Source: a virus
Lineage: Duplodnaviria > Caudoviricetes
Length of the DNA: 64,000 nt
Virus record (IMG/VR): IMGVR_UViG_3300001687_000013
Span: 1 to 64,000 of that record
Strand: one strand, 5' to 3'
Shown one piece after another: positions 26,612-35,167 of this stretch (positions are counted from its first letter, which is position 1; every line of letters starts with the position of its first letter). A program made the position numbers and the translations under genes. Under the pieces are notes generated by a model. That model searched no databases and was not told where the DNA came from. It saw only the letters and a list, made by a program, of their open reading frames with translations.

Positions 26612-27150
26612 TATATCCATTCAAAATCAAGTGTATACATAAAACTTGATGCTAAATCACCAGCATCATCATTGCCTTTTTCCCAGGCACTAATAAGTTT
26701 CTTTATAATCCCATAGAGTTCCTTAGAGTCAAAATATCCTGAAGTAGGTATTTTTACTTTGTTAGCTGTAGAAGCATCAGAACCCTTAAGTGTATATTCG
26801 TAATCATCACCCTTCATGACTTTCTGAAACTGTTTATCAAAAGCTTTAAAATCAGGAAGTTGACCATAAGTCATACTTGTCATACTCTCTTTAAACAAAT
26901 TAAGTTGTTTTACAGGCTCTATACGTTCCGTTCTAACAAGTGTCTTAGTTCCGTCATTCCATTCTACTGTGACTGTATCAACAGTATATCCAGTTTCTAT
27001 TTTCCTAACTTTACCTACTGCTTTAGATCTTTCTTTTCTTATTGATGGATTACTTTGACCTATAAATTCCTTTGTGAATCTTACAGTGTCCCCAACTTTA
27101 GGAATATATTTACCTTCTATGAGATTAGTTAATTGTTTTGCTTTACTCAT
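26611..27150 (-). CDS. leader-bearing two-domain protein (SH3-like plus helical)
   Basis: MSKAKQLTNLIEG; PKVGDTVRFT; second domain after LFKE. Confidence 0.8.
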   Translation of the reverse strand: MSKAKQLTNLIEGKYIPKVGDTVRFTKEFIGQSNPSIRKERSKAVGKVRKIETGYTVDTVTVEWNDGTKTLVRTERIEPVKQLNLFKESMTSMTYGQLPDFKAFDKQFQKVMKGDDYEYTLKGSDASTANKVKIPTSGYFDSKELYGIIKKLISAWEKGNDDAGDLASSFMYTLDFEWI

Positions 27151-27410
27151 AATTTGAGATCCTTTTGTATTCGATCAAATATCCAATCAAGAGGAACTCC
27201 CGACCGTCCCTTAGCAACTCCTGTAGGCATTTCCCCAGAGTTAAGGTAAAAATCATAAAGCTTACCCTCTAATTCACTACCTTCTATCTCTAACTCACCA
27301 GCTACCCAGTCCTTCAAGGTTTTTATATCTTTGGCACTTAGAAGTTTTTTTAACTGATCACCAAGACTCTTACCTTCTACAAGTTTAAGGACATCTTTAG
27401 CTGTTATCAT
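27147..27410 (-). CDS. leader-bearing hypothetical protein
   Basis: MITAKDVLKLVEG; LYDFY...GEMP.GVAK.R.G.P..WI. Confidence 0.8.
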   Translation of the reverse strand: MITAKDVLKLVEGKSLGDQLKKLLSAKDIKTLKDWVAGELEIEGSELEGKLYDFYLNSGEMPTGVAKGRSGVPLDWIFDRIQKDLKL

Positions 27411-27637
27411 GCTTTTTCTCCCATACCTAATCCACCAGATTTCTTAGGTTTCATATAATAATCGAGAGTCATTGCATCAACAGCCTCATTTTCCTCTAAA
27501 CTCTTCTTACAAGCCTTGACTAAACTATCAAAAGTATAATCTTTATAATAACGATAATATTGTTTAGCTACCCTGGCAGCTTCTTGATCAGTAACTTTCA
27601 TTTCTAAGAGCTTCTTTAACTCAGTAGCTTTAGACAT
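27407..27637 (-). CDS. leader-bearing hypothetical protein
   Basis: MSKATELKKLLE. Confidence 0.8.
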   Translation of the reverse strand: MSKATELKKLLEMKVTDQEAARVAKQYYRYYKDYTFDSLVKACKKSLEENEAVDAMTLDYYMKPKKSGGLGMGEKA

Positions 27638-27640
27638 AAT

Positions 27641-27850
27641 TTAATCCATTTTCTTTCTGGCTTTAATAAGCTGTTCCATCTTCTTCTGAAGAGCTTCCAC
27701 CTTCTCATCTAAAGCTTCTTTGGCTTTCTTATCAATAAGGCTATAGATATCTTCACTGATATCCTTAATATCCTTTGCTAAGGTTTGAGTAATCTCTGCC
27801 CATTGTTCCTTAGTGGTGTACTCTGATAATATTCTTTTTGCTGTGTTCAT
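27641..27850 (-). CDS. leader-bearing coiled-coil protein
   Basis: MNTAKRILSE. Confidence 0.75.
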   Translation of the reverse strand: MNTAKRILSEYTTKEQWAEITQTLAKDIKDISEDIYSLIDKKAKEALDEKVEALQKKMEQLIKARKKMD

Positions 27851-27866
27851 TAATATAATTCTCCTG

Positions 27867-28120
27867 TTAAGGGTTTAGTAGCATGTTTGCTAAATCTTCC
27901 ATTTCCTTCACAGCATCTTTAAGAGCTTTAGATGCATTATCAAGATCAGAGGCCATATTATATTTGCTGAACTTGGAAAAGCCTTATATGATTTCTGAAC
28001 CTTATCAGTTATACTCTTCAGAGTATCATAGACACTTTTCCACTTCTTTGCAAGCCCAGTGTTTTGTTCAGATAACTTCACAAACTCACTGAACTCAATT
28101 AAATTTTTAGCTTGAGACAT
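27867..28120 (-). pseudogene. leader-bearing coiled-coil gene with apparent 1-nt deletion
   Basis: adding one A near 27964 gives FPSSAKYNMASDLDNASKALKDAVKEMEDLANMLLNP*, matching P.SAK[YH] in 28515-28745 and 28742-28972. Confidence 0.6.
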
Positions 28121-28146
28121 TATTTAAAGCTTGAGACATTATTTAA
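28109..28146. repeat. 19-bp perfect tandem duplication
   Basis: AGCTTGAGACATTATTTAA x2, covering a stop codon and the first leader codons. Confidence 0.9.
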
Positions 28147-28502
28147 CCCTCTTGTTTTGTATTGTCCTGGAACTTCCATCCGAACTTTCTGGCAAACTCA
28201 GCCAATTTTGAAATCATGTCTGGTAGATTTTCAGGGGCTTTACCCTCTACTGATACTTGTAATGTAACGATAGCATCATCCCATAGTTTGTTTAAGACCA
28301 AACTTCCATCTGGGTATGAAATTGTCATAGTTTCAGTATTTTCAGTTGTACTCTTCTTGATCTGATCAGGTTTAAGATCAAACATGTTTCTTACGAACTG
28401 TTGCATAAAATTACCAAACATGTCAGAGGTCTTCTCAGGAGCATCATCCTCATGAATTCCTATACCTAATAGTTTGATTAATTCGTTAGCTTTTGTTGAC
28501 AT
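28143..28502 (-). CDS. leader-bearing hypothetical protein
   Basis: MSTKANELIKLLG. Confidence 0.75.
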   Translation of the reverse strand: MSTKANELIKLLGIGIHEDDAPEKTSDMFGNFMQQFVRNMFDLKPDQIKKSTTENTETMTISYPDGSLVLNKLWDDAIVTLQVSVEGKAPENLPDMISKLAEFARKFGWKFQDNTKQEG

Positions 28503-28514
28503 ATCAAATTTCTC

Positions 28515-28745
28515 CTATTTCATATTAAAAATTTTCTTATACTCATGGATCTTCTTCTCATGTTTCTTGAGTATAATTGTGTGTTTAGCACTCTCTGGAA
28601 ATGACTGCATAAGTTTCATTAATTCATCTGACATCTTAATTAAATCTTCTATAACGATTTTTGCGTGTTTAAGATCAGACAATTGTTCCGAAACCTCCTC
28701 AGGTTTACCTTCATGTATTTTCTTGAGCTTAGTTAAAATTTTCAT
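28515..28745 (-). CDS. helical protein, paralog of 28742-28972
   Basis: LSDLKHAK..I..LIKMSDEL...PESAKH. Confidence 0.75.
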   Translation of the reverse strand: MKILTKLKKIHEGKPEEVSEQLSDLKHAKIVIEDLIKMSDELMKLMQSFPESAKHTIILKKHEKKIHEYKKIFNMK

Positions 28746-28972
28746 TTTAACTCGTTCTTAAATACTGTCTTCATCTTTTTGATAGTATCACTATAATTTT
28801 TTAGTGTTTTATCATATTTAGCACTCTCTGGCATTGTACCTAAAATCTCCAATAATTCATCACACATTTTGATTAAAGTAATTATTGAAAATTTAGCATT
28901 TTTTAAATCACCCAGAGTAATACTTTCTTCCAGTTTCCTAAATTTTCTTAGTAATCCAAATTCTATTTCCAT
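28742..28972 (-). CDS. helical protein, paralog of 28515-28745
   Basis: LGDLKNAK..I..LIKMCDEL...PESAKY. Confidence 0.75.
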   Translation of the reverse strand: MEIEFGLLRKFRKLEESITLGDLKNAKFSIITLIKMCDELLEILGTMPESAKYDKTLKNYSDTIKKMKTVFKNELK

Positions 28973-28975
28973 AAT

Positions 28976-29692
28976 TTATGCCTTCTGTTTGTTTCCTAAA
29001 GCATTGCCATAACTTCTACCAACCTTTATTAACGTTTTTACATCCACAGGAACTACTAAAGTTTTCATTCCAACACCAGGATTAGCAAGCATGGCTTGTC
29101 CATATCGGTGATGACCATCTAATATATAACCATCAGAAGAACTTATTACAGTAGCTTCTGTTACAGAAGAACCAGTAATTGGTAAACCAAATTTAATAAT
29201 ATTACCAACAAGTTTTTCTAACCAAATCTGTGATTGACTTGGTAGAAGTTTATTTGCTGCTTCCCTTGTTATGATTGCTTTGATTTTATCATCTGTTGGA
29301 TGATTATCTTTAAAACCAAGTACAATCCATTCGTCAGCAGCCTTCTTATTTTTCTCTAATCCTTTTGGTGTAAATAATTTACCTTTGGCATATGGAGCAA
29401 AAATATCAACTTGACCTTTACCCAGGTCATCCTTAAACTTAGGAAAATCTTTGGGTTCTATTACAGGCATTTCCTTTCTTGGAATATCTATTGCTTTCTT
29501 ACAAGCCTTTTGAAGCTCTATATAATTCTTATCAAAGTTGGGTATCTCTTTATTAAGATCCTTCCCAGCCTTTTCAAACTCTGCTTCAGCATAGGCCCTG
29601 GCTTTTGTCAGTGGGAGAGTAGCAATATTTAATTTAAAACCTCCTTCAGAGACAGCTTCTATGAGTTCCAAGATATTTATTGCCTTGACCAT
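28976..29692 (-). CDS. leader-bearing ParB/Srx-fold protein
   Basis: MVKAINILELIEA; PR.EMPVI...L.PSQSQI...SSDGYILDGHHRY. Confidence 0.75.
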   Translation of the reverse strand: MVKAINILELIEAVSEGGFKLNIATLPLTKARAYAEAEFEKAGKDLNKEIPNFDKNYIELQKACKKAIDIPRKEMPVIEPKDFPKFKDDLGKGQVDIFAPYAKGKLFTPKGLEKNKKAADEWIVLGFKDNHPTDDKIKAIITREAANKLLPSQSQIWLEKLVGNIIKFGLPITGSSVTEATVISSSDGYILDGHHRYGQAMLANPGVGMKTLVVPVDVKTLIKVGRSYGNALGNKQKA

Positions 29693-29704
29693 TATCTCTC
29701 CTCC

Positions 29705-29965
29705 TTATGGTTTAGGATAAGTCCATATCTCTGTACCATCCTTGAAAGTTACAAGTGCTGACCATTTTCCAAAATCGGTACTCCATTGCCACCCATGTAT
29801 CTTTTTGGGCTTTTCATATCCATAGTCCTTTTGGAATAACTTAGCATCGGGGATCTTCCCCCATACTTGTCTCATCCTATCATCTGAACCTACAGGATAC
29901 CCATCTTTTCCTCTTTGATAAAGCTTTTCCTCAAAAATGTTTAATATTTTTTGAGCTTTATTCAT
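29705..29965 (-). CDS. leader-bearing hypothetical protein
   Basis: revised start MNKAQKILNIFEE. Confidence 0.8.
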   Translation of the reverse strand: MNKAQKILNIFEEKLYQRGKDGYPVGSDDRMRQVWGKIPDAKLFQKDYGYEKPKKIHGWQWSTDFGKWSALVTFKDGTEIWTYPKP

Positions 29966-30157
29966 TATTTTCTCCTCTATCATGGATCTAAATCCATTAT
30001 ATCTGGATCTTTGTCATCTTCATCGGCAGGATCTTTTACTTTTGGATCAGGCTTACCTTTGGTATCTATACCTTTGGTTGATGGGACTCGTCCCAAAAGA
30101 CCTTTACTCCTCATTTTACCTAATAAATCAAAAGCGTTCATTACTACTCCAATCTTA

Positions 30158-30231
30158 CGGTTGGGAGGGGATTTGAACCCCCATCTTCTGCCTTGACAGG
30201 GCAGTGTCCTGACCGATTAGACGACCCAACC
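30158..30231 (-). tRNA. tRNA-Asp(GUC), no encoded CCA
   Basis: GGTTGGG TC GTCT..GGAC A CTGCC CTGTCAA GGCAG .. GGGGG TTCAAAT CCCCT CCCAACC G. Confidence 0.9.
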
Positions 30232-30257
30232 TTAATTCGTCAAATCAGTATCTTTGT

Positions 30258-30566
30258 TTATGGAATTAATAATTCCCTGATAGCATTCTTGGCATTAAGC
30301 CCAGTATATTCTTTACCTTTTACAATGGCCCCTACTATAGATTTATTATGAATCTCAATAATACGAATATGATATAATTCACCACTCTTCCTACTGTTAT
30401 CCTTATAAATTCTCTTTGCAGTAAACAGACCACCTTCTACAGACCCAGAAACTCTATCAAGCGGATCTCTTTTTCTGTATAGTAGTTCTCTTGTACCATC
30501 ATATTCAACAATCTCATATTTCTCAAGAATCTCGTGTATTGTATTCAGTATATTAAGACTTTTCAT
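30258..30566 (-). CDS. hypothetical protein with leader-like start
   Basis: revised start MKSLNILNTIHE. Confidence 0.7.
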   Translation of the reverse strand: MKSLNILNTIHEILEKYEIVEYDGTRELLYRKRDPLDRVSGSVEGGLFTAKRIYKDNSRKSGELYHIRIIEIHNKSIVGAIVKGKEYTGLNAKNAIRELLIP

Positions 30567-30942
30567 TTTCCTTATCTCGTATAAAAGGCCAAAGTACATT
30601 TTCCATTCGTCTGACATTCTCATGTATCATAGTGTCTACGAACTCTAATGAATAAAACTTAAGAAGATATTCCCTTATCTGAAACAATGATAGTTCATAA
30701 ACTTCGTGAAAAGCAGTTTTATCAATTTCCTCAATAGCAGTTAATTCAGATTTCAGCCATGCGATATTATAATTGATCGAAGCAAGTCTACCCCATTCAT
30801 GGATATAATAAGACCCTCTATTATCATCATCATCTACTCCAAGAACAGTAAACTCCCAGCCTAAAAGACCCAGAGTTTTTTGATAGTGATATACTCTCTC
30901 AGTATAATAATCCACACGTTTCAAAAAGAGGTCATTTTTCAT
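30553..30942 (-). CDS. zincin-like (HExxE) protein
   Basis: LGL..W...A.I...AFHEVYEL. Confidence 0.6.
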   Translation of the reverse strand: MKNDLFLKRVDYYTERVYHYQKTLGLLGWEFTVLGVDDDDNRGSYYIHEWGRLASINYNIAWLKSELTAIEEIDKTAFHEVYELSLFQIREYLLKFYSLEFVDTMIHENVRRMENVLWPFIRDKENEKS

Positions 30943-30953
30943 TTTTCACCTCT

Positions 30954-30998
30954 AATTTATAGTTTATCATCAGTTTAATTGAGGATAAACTATAAATT
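30954..30998. repeat. intergenic palindrome with 15-bp perfect arms
   Basis: AATTTATAGTTTATC ... GATAAACTATAAATT. Confidence 0.8.
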
Positions 30999-31182
30999 TA
31001 ATATCTTTTCAACATATTCTGTATATTAAAAAGCATCTCTATACAATCACCAAAATCTTTCCATCTTTGATCTTCTTTAGCTTCCCCATTTTTCAATAGT
31101 TCATCCCTATGCTGTATAAGATCCTCAGTCAAATTGGCTATTTCTTTTTTTATTTCACCAATAGGTCTCATAATAAACCTTC

Positions 31183-31425
31183 TTATTTGTAATCGTCAGG
31201 ATTCATCTTTGATGTAAAATCATCCAGTGCTTTCATAAATTTATTACTCCTGGGATCTTCACTTAAAGCAACACCCTTAAGTAACTGAACAGCTTTCATT
31301 TGCTCTTCATTAGACCCACCCCAGGAAGTCTTAATTAATTCAGCAATAATTTTGCTAACATCCACTTTTTCTGTCTTTTCGTCTTGTTCACCAAATCTTT
31401 GAACAAACTCTGTAGCTTTACTCAT
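31183..31425 (-). CDS. leader-bearing hypothetical protein
   Basis: MSKATEFVQRFGE. Confidence 0.8.
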   Translation of the reverse strand: MSKATEFVQRFGEQDEKTEKVDVSKIIAELIKTSWGGSNEEQMKAVQLLKGVALSEDPRSNKFMKALDDFTSKMNPDDYK

Positions 31426-31428
31426 CTT

Positions 31429-31740
31429 TTATAAAACCTCCACTAATCCAGCGTAACCTTTTCGCTCATTGTAATTCATAACAAATGTTTTTCTACTAAA
31501 TTTCATAGTAACAGTGGTATCTGAAGTCCCCCAAGGTTTATAATTTACAATGTTATCATTGTCAGGAGAATCATACTGATATAAGTAATCAAACATCTCT
31601 TGTTCATCAGAATCAAAAAAACCACTTAGACCTTTTCCACCAGTACCTTTGAAATCATTAAAATCTTGAGAATCTTGTAGAAAGATTATTTCTCTATATT
31701 TAGCTTCAAATAAGTTTAAAACTTCACTTGCTGTTTTCAT
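31429..31740 (-). CDS. leader-bearing hypothetical protein
   Basis: MKTASEVLNLFEA. Confidence 0.8.
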   Translation of the reverse strand: MKTASEVLNLFEAKYREIIFLQDSQDFNDFKGTGGKGLSGFFDSDEQEMFDYLYQYDSPDNDNIVNYKPWGTSDTTVTMKFSRKTFVMNYNERKGYAGLVEVL

Positions 31741-31988
31741 TATTTTCCTCTATACTTCTTATAAAATGCCTCAAACTTATTTTGATTCTTGTTAAGTAAT
31801 TCCGCAATAAAGTTAGTCAGAGCATCCAATTCTACTGGATATAAAGCTCTTTCCTTATAATCTCTATGAAGATTAACAAGAGGTTTTCCATCCTTAGTAA
31901 CTATTTGTCCAGATACAACCTTTACAGGAAAAATATTATTACTAAGTTCTTGCTCAAACATTTTAGAAAACTCTTTTGCTTTACTCAT
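31740..31988 (-). CDS. leader-bearing hypothetical protein
   Basis: MSKAKEFSKMFE. Confidence 0.8.
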   Translation of the reverse strand: MSKAKEFSKMFEQELSNNIFPVKVVSGQIVTKDGKPLVNLHRDYKERALYPVELDALTNFIAELLNKNQNKFEAFYKKYRGK

Positions 31989-32230
31989 TATTTCTCTTCC
32001 TTACCGTTACCATTTCCACCTATTTTTGCTGGCATATCACCCATACCAATATTGAGAATATGGATTAGTCTCTGAGCTTTGTTCAAATCTTCAGCATCAG
32101 GAACAACCGTTAGCTCTGCACCACAATTTGGGCAGTTTACAGGATACTTACCTGGATATACAGGTAATGTAGTCCCACATTCTATACATACCCTTGAAAT
32201 TGGGAGTTTTTGTTCATTTATTTTACTCAT
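31988..32230 (-). CDS. zinc-ribbon protein
   Basis: CIECG...CPNCG; internal leader-like LNKAQRLIHIL. Confidence 0.75.
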   Translation of the reverse strand: MSKINEQKLPISRVCIECGTTLPVYPGKYPVNCPNCGAELTVVPDAEDLNKAQRLIHILNIGMGDMPAKIGGNGNGKEEK

Positions 32231-32244
32231 GTTAAAAATTCCTC

Positions 32245-32604
32245 CTAACCCTTAAACAATAAATAGGGACTTTCACCCTCTTGATCGAACTTTATAAAAT
32301 TCTTGTTCTTTTCAATATCTTTTATTTGACTTCGTTCCAGACCTACTCCACTATGATGAGCATACAACTCTGGATTTGTCACCTTATATACATCTTGACC
32401 TGATCCTTCATAATTATGGAGCAGATAAATCTGTAGATGATCCCTCTTCCACCCTAACTTTTTCAATGTATGCTGAATATCACTTGGTAGGTCTATAAAC
32501 TTTATATACTTCATACTCTCATCTACTAAAGTTCTTGCCTTCTTAAGATCCCTCATCCCTTTAGTACCATCTAAGAGATCTATAAACTTCTGTGCTTTAC
32601 TCAT
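32245..32604 (-). CDS. leader-bearing hypothetical protein
   Basis: MSKAQKFIDLLD; IKFIDLPSDIQ resembles 32774-33058. Confidence 0.8.
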   Translation of the reverse strand: MSKAQKFIDLLDGTKGMRDLKKARTLVDESMKYIKFIDLPSDIQHTLKKLGWKRDHLQIYLLHNYEGSGQDVYKVTNPELYAHHSGVGLERSQIKDIEKNKNFIKFDQEGESPYLLFKG

Positions 32605-32773
32605 TAACACTCTACTCCATCTTCTTCTCTATCAATATAAAATTCACAGTTTTCTTCATCTTCAAGAACTTCAAGGCCCAGGTTCCTACATAGACTTTTT
32701 AAGATCCCTTTAGGGACAATATAATAACCCCTATCCCAAAGATCTCTTATGTCAGACAATTCCACATTTTCCC

Positions 32774-33058
32774 CTATTTCCTGATCTCTATTACAAGCAC
32801 TGGTTCAGTACCCAGAGTATCAACCCGTATTTCATACAATTTAGGAAATCTGGCTAACTTTTCTAACCTATCCTTCTTAATAGCTGCAAAAGAGGAATAT
32901 ATCATATAAAAGCCAGAACCAGACCAGATCCTATCTATGATACTTTTGTACATCCCAGAAGAGTCAAGTATTTTCTGTACATCTGGTGGAAGTTGCTCAA
33001 ATGTAATCTTCTCTCCTCTAATCTGTTCTTCAAGCTCTATAATTTGTCTTGATAACAT
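32774..33058 (-). CDS. hypothetical protein with leader-like start
   Basis: MLSRQIIELEE; ITFEQLPPDVQ. Confidence 0.75.
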   Translation of the reverse strand: MLSRQIIELEEQIRGEKITFEQLPPDVQKILDSSGMYKSIIDRIWSGSGFYMIYSSFAAIKKDRLEKLARFPKLYEIRVDTLGTEPVLVIEIRK

Positions 33059-33060
33059 TT

Positions 33061-33270
33061 TTACCTTCCTGGTATCTGACCTTCATAACGGCAGGTCATT
33101 GGTCTCCCACATTGAGGGCACATAACCTCATTACAAGGAGTCCCTAAAGGTTTATGTTCTGTTGTAGGCTGACCCAAACCATCAGAGCAAAAAGGACATA
33201 TACATACCTCATCCCCTGGTGATTGTGGAAGAGCATTTAATAATTCTAAAATATCTTTAGCTTTTTTCAT
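33061..33270 (-). CDS. leader-bearing zinc-finger protein
   Basis: revised start MKKAKDILELLN; CICPFC...H..G.PC...CPQCG.PM. Confidence 0.75.
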   Translation of the reverse strand: MKKAKDILELLNALPQSPGDEVCICPFCSDGLGQPTTEHKPLGTPCNEVMCPQCGRPMTCRYEGQIPGR

Positions 33271-33272
33271 AT

Positions 33273-33677
33273 TTACATCCTTTGTATTACCCATTCCATT
33301 GTAATATCACCTGTAGCATTGGCTCCATCATTATTAACAAAATACAAGTAGATTTGTTTAGCTGCTACATCATCATAATTAGCGAATAAAATATCTACTA
33401 TCTCATTACATACTAAGTTTATTCCTGTCTTAGCAAATAAAGTATATATTGAATTTCCTGCTGTAGGATCAATCCCAGTTTTATCCAATACATAGATATC
33501 GTAATCTGTTGATGCACAAACTATCCGTATAGATTCTACACGACCGTTGTATACAGGTAAAGGAATGGTAATTTCTTCTTCTGAAGTTACAGCTATACTA
33601 TCAGCAACATATAATGTTGACTGATAACTGTAAGCAGTATTAAAAACTTTTGCACTTACTTGTGTAGCGACTGACAT
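33273..33677 (-). CDS. beta-sandwich virion-type protein
   Basis: GAGGT RBS; small-residue, beta-strand-rich. Confidence 0.6.
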   Translation of the reverse strand: MSVATQVSAKVFNTAYSYQSTLYVADSIAVTSEEEITIPLPVYNGRVESIRIVCASTDYDIYVLDKTGIDPTAGNSIYTLFAKTGINLVCNEIVDILFANYDDVAAKQIYLYFVNNDGANATGDITMEWVIQRM

Positions 33678-33689
33678 TAATTACCTCTC

Positions 33690-34028
33690 CTAACACATTT
33701 GTTTCTTTTTACAAATATTCAACATTCTATTAAAATGTGGTTTACTCCTCTTAAGTCTCTCTTTATCTTTAATTGAAGCCTCTTTGTATAACCGTTGTTT
33801 TCTAAACCAAGCTAAAACTACATTCATTTCTTTCTTAAACTCAAAAGTGACATAATAACCCTTACCCCCTCTGAAATGACCACTGAATTCCCAACCACCT
33901 TGAGCATACTCACATATAGCTTTTAATTTAGCTACTTCATACTCTTGTTCATCCATTCCATCAATACCTTTAGGATAAACAACATGTTTACAAACAGTAA
34001 CTTTTTTAAATGGATTTAATTTTTTCAT
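33690..34028 (-). CDS. hypothetical protein
   Basis: GGAG RBS; ORF track. Confidence 0.65.
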   Translation of the reverse strand: MKKLNPFKKVTVCKHVVYPKGIDGMDEQEYEVAKLKAICEYAQGGWEFSGHFRGGKGYYVTFEFKKEMNVVLAWFRKQRLYKEASIKDKERLKRSKPHFNRMLNICKKKQMC

Positions 34029-34051
34029 ATACTTAATCTCCCATATATTTA

Positions 34052-34600
34052 TTATCCAAACAACTTACTTAAGAGACCTTTTTCTTTCTCTTCTCGTGTT
34101 TGTTTTAACTTATTTCGACCCCATGCAGTTACACCCATAACAGCACCAGGAATAGTAAATAGTAAGAATATATTAAAAACAAATTGTGGCATTGTGTTCA
34201 TAACAGCAGGATTATTCATCTTAACTGCCATTTTGAATGTGTCAATTAACACTACAATAACATATCCAAAACATCCACAGGACATAAAAGCCCATGCTGG
34301 TCTCCATGCCTTCTGATACCATTTATCAGCTTTTGTGTCATATTCTATCATTGTCTTGGCTACAACACCCATTTGCTCAGTATCAATCTTCCGCATATCT
34401 TTTTCGTATTCTTGAGTAGCCTTCATAACTTCTAATTGAGTTTCAGGGGGGAGTTCTTTACCCTTAAGTTCTCCCATAGCATCTTCTAAGACACTTACTG
34501 CATTCTCTACTTTATTCTTTTTGCTTCCAAACAGGCCCTTTATTTTAGAAATTGATTTGAATAATTTAATTCCTCCGAATATTAGACTAATTGGTTCCAT
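34052..34600 (-). CDS. holin-like protein (3TM/GTA-holin type)
   Basis: KWYQKAWRPAW motif followed by two hydrophobic helices and GR..K. Confidence 0.7.
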   Translation of the reverse strand: MEPISLIFGGIKLFKSISKIKGLFGSKKNKVENAVSVLEDAMGELKGKELPPETQLEVMKATQEYEKDMRKIDTEQMGVVAKTMIEYDTKADKWYQKAWRPAWAFMSCGCFGYVIVVLIDTFKMAVKMNNPAVMNTMPQFVFNIFLLFTIPGAVMGVTAWGRNKLKQTREEKEKGLLSKLFG

Positions 34601-34853
34601 AACTATCTCCATTTACATAAATTCTTGTTTCTTTCTTAGCAGTATCATTGACCATATTTACCAGGTCAATATAATACTCTGTAGACAGAAACTCTCTCTC
34701 TTCCTCTTTATAAGGCCCAGTTTGTTTTCTATCTTCAATTCCCCTTACAATTGTATTTGCTGCTTTCATCAAGATATCTTTTGTTTCCTCATCATAATCA
34801 TCGTCAGGAATAGGCCCATTTATTTCATTAATTAATTGTTTAGCTTTAGTCAT
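34587..34853 (-). CDS. leader-bearing acidic protein
   Basis: MTKAKQLINE. Confidence 0.75.
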   Translation of the reverse strand: MTKAKQLINEINGPIPDDDYDEETKDILMKAANTIVRGIEDRKQTGPYKEEEREFLSTEYYIDLVNMVNDTAKKETRIYVNGDSYGTN

Positions 34854-35155
34854 ATTTTAGCTATCCTCCTGGCTATATTAATCATTCTCATAGCTTGAGT
34901 CTGATCCATATTAGTAGCAATTGCCAAAATAGATAATGCTGTACTGATATTTAACCGTGTATCCATATCTTCAGCAACAGCATAGTTGGAAGCCAGTTGT
35001 ATAGTGGTAGTTACGAGTAACCTACTTAATCCACTATTATTAGCCTCTTCTATTTGTTCAGGATCTTCTATTCTATTCTTTTCAGCATCTTCCAAAGCAG
35101 AAAGAGCTATATCTTTAGCTTCTTCCATTGAAATTTTATTATCCTGATCTGACAT
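34850..35155 (-). CDS. hypothetical helical protein
   Basis: AAGGT RBS; ORF track. Confidence 0.7.
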   Translation of the reverse strand: MSDQDNKISMEEAKDIALSALEDAEKNRIEDPEQIEEANNSGLSRLLVTTTIQLASNYAVAEDMDTRLNISTALSILAIATNMDQTQAMRMINIARRIAKI

Positions 35156-35167
35156 AATGTACCTTTC

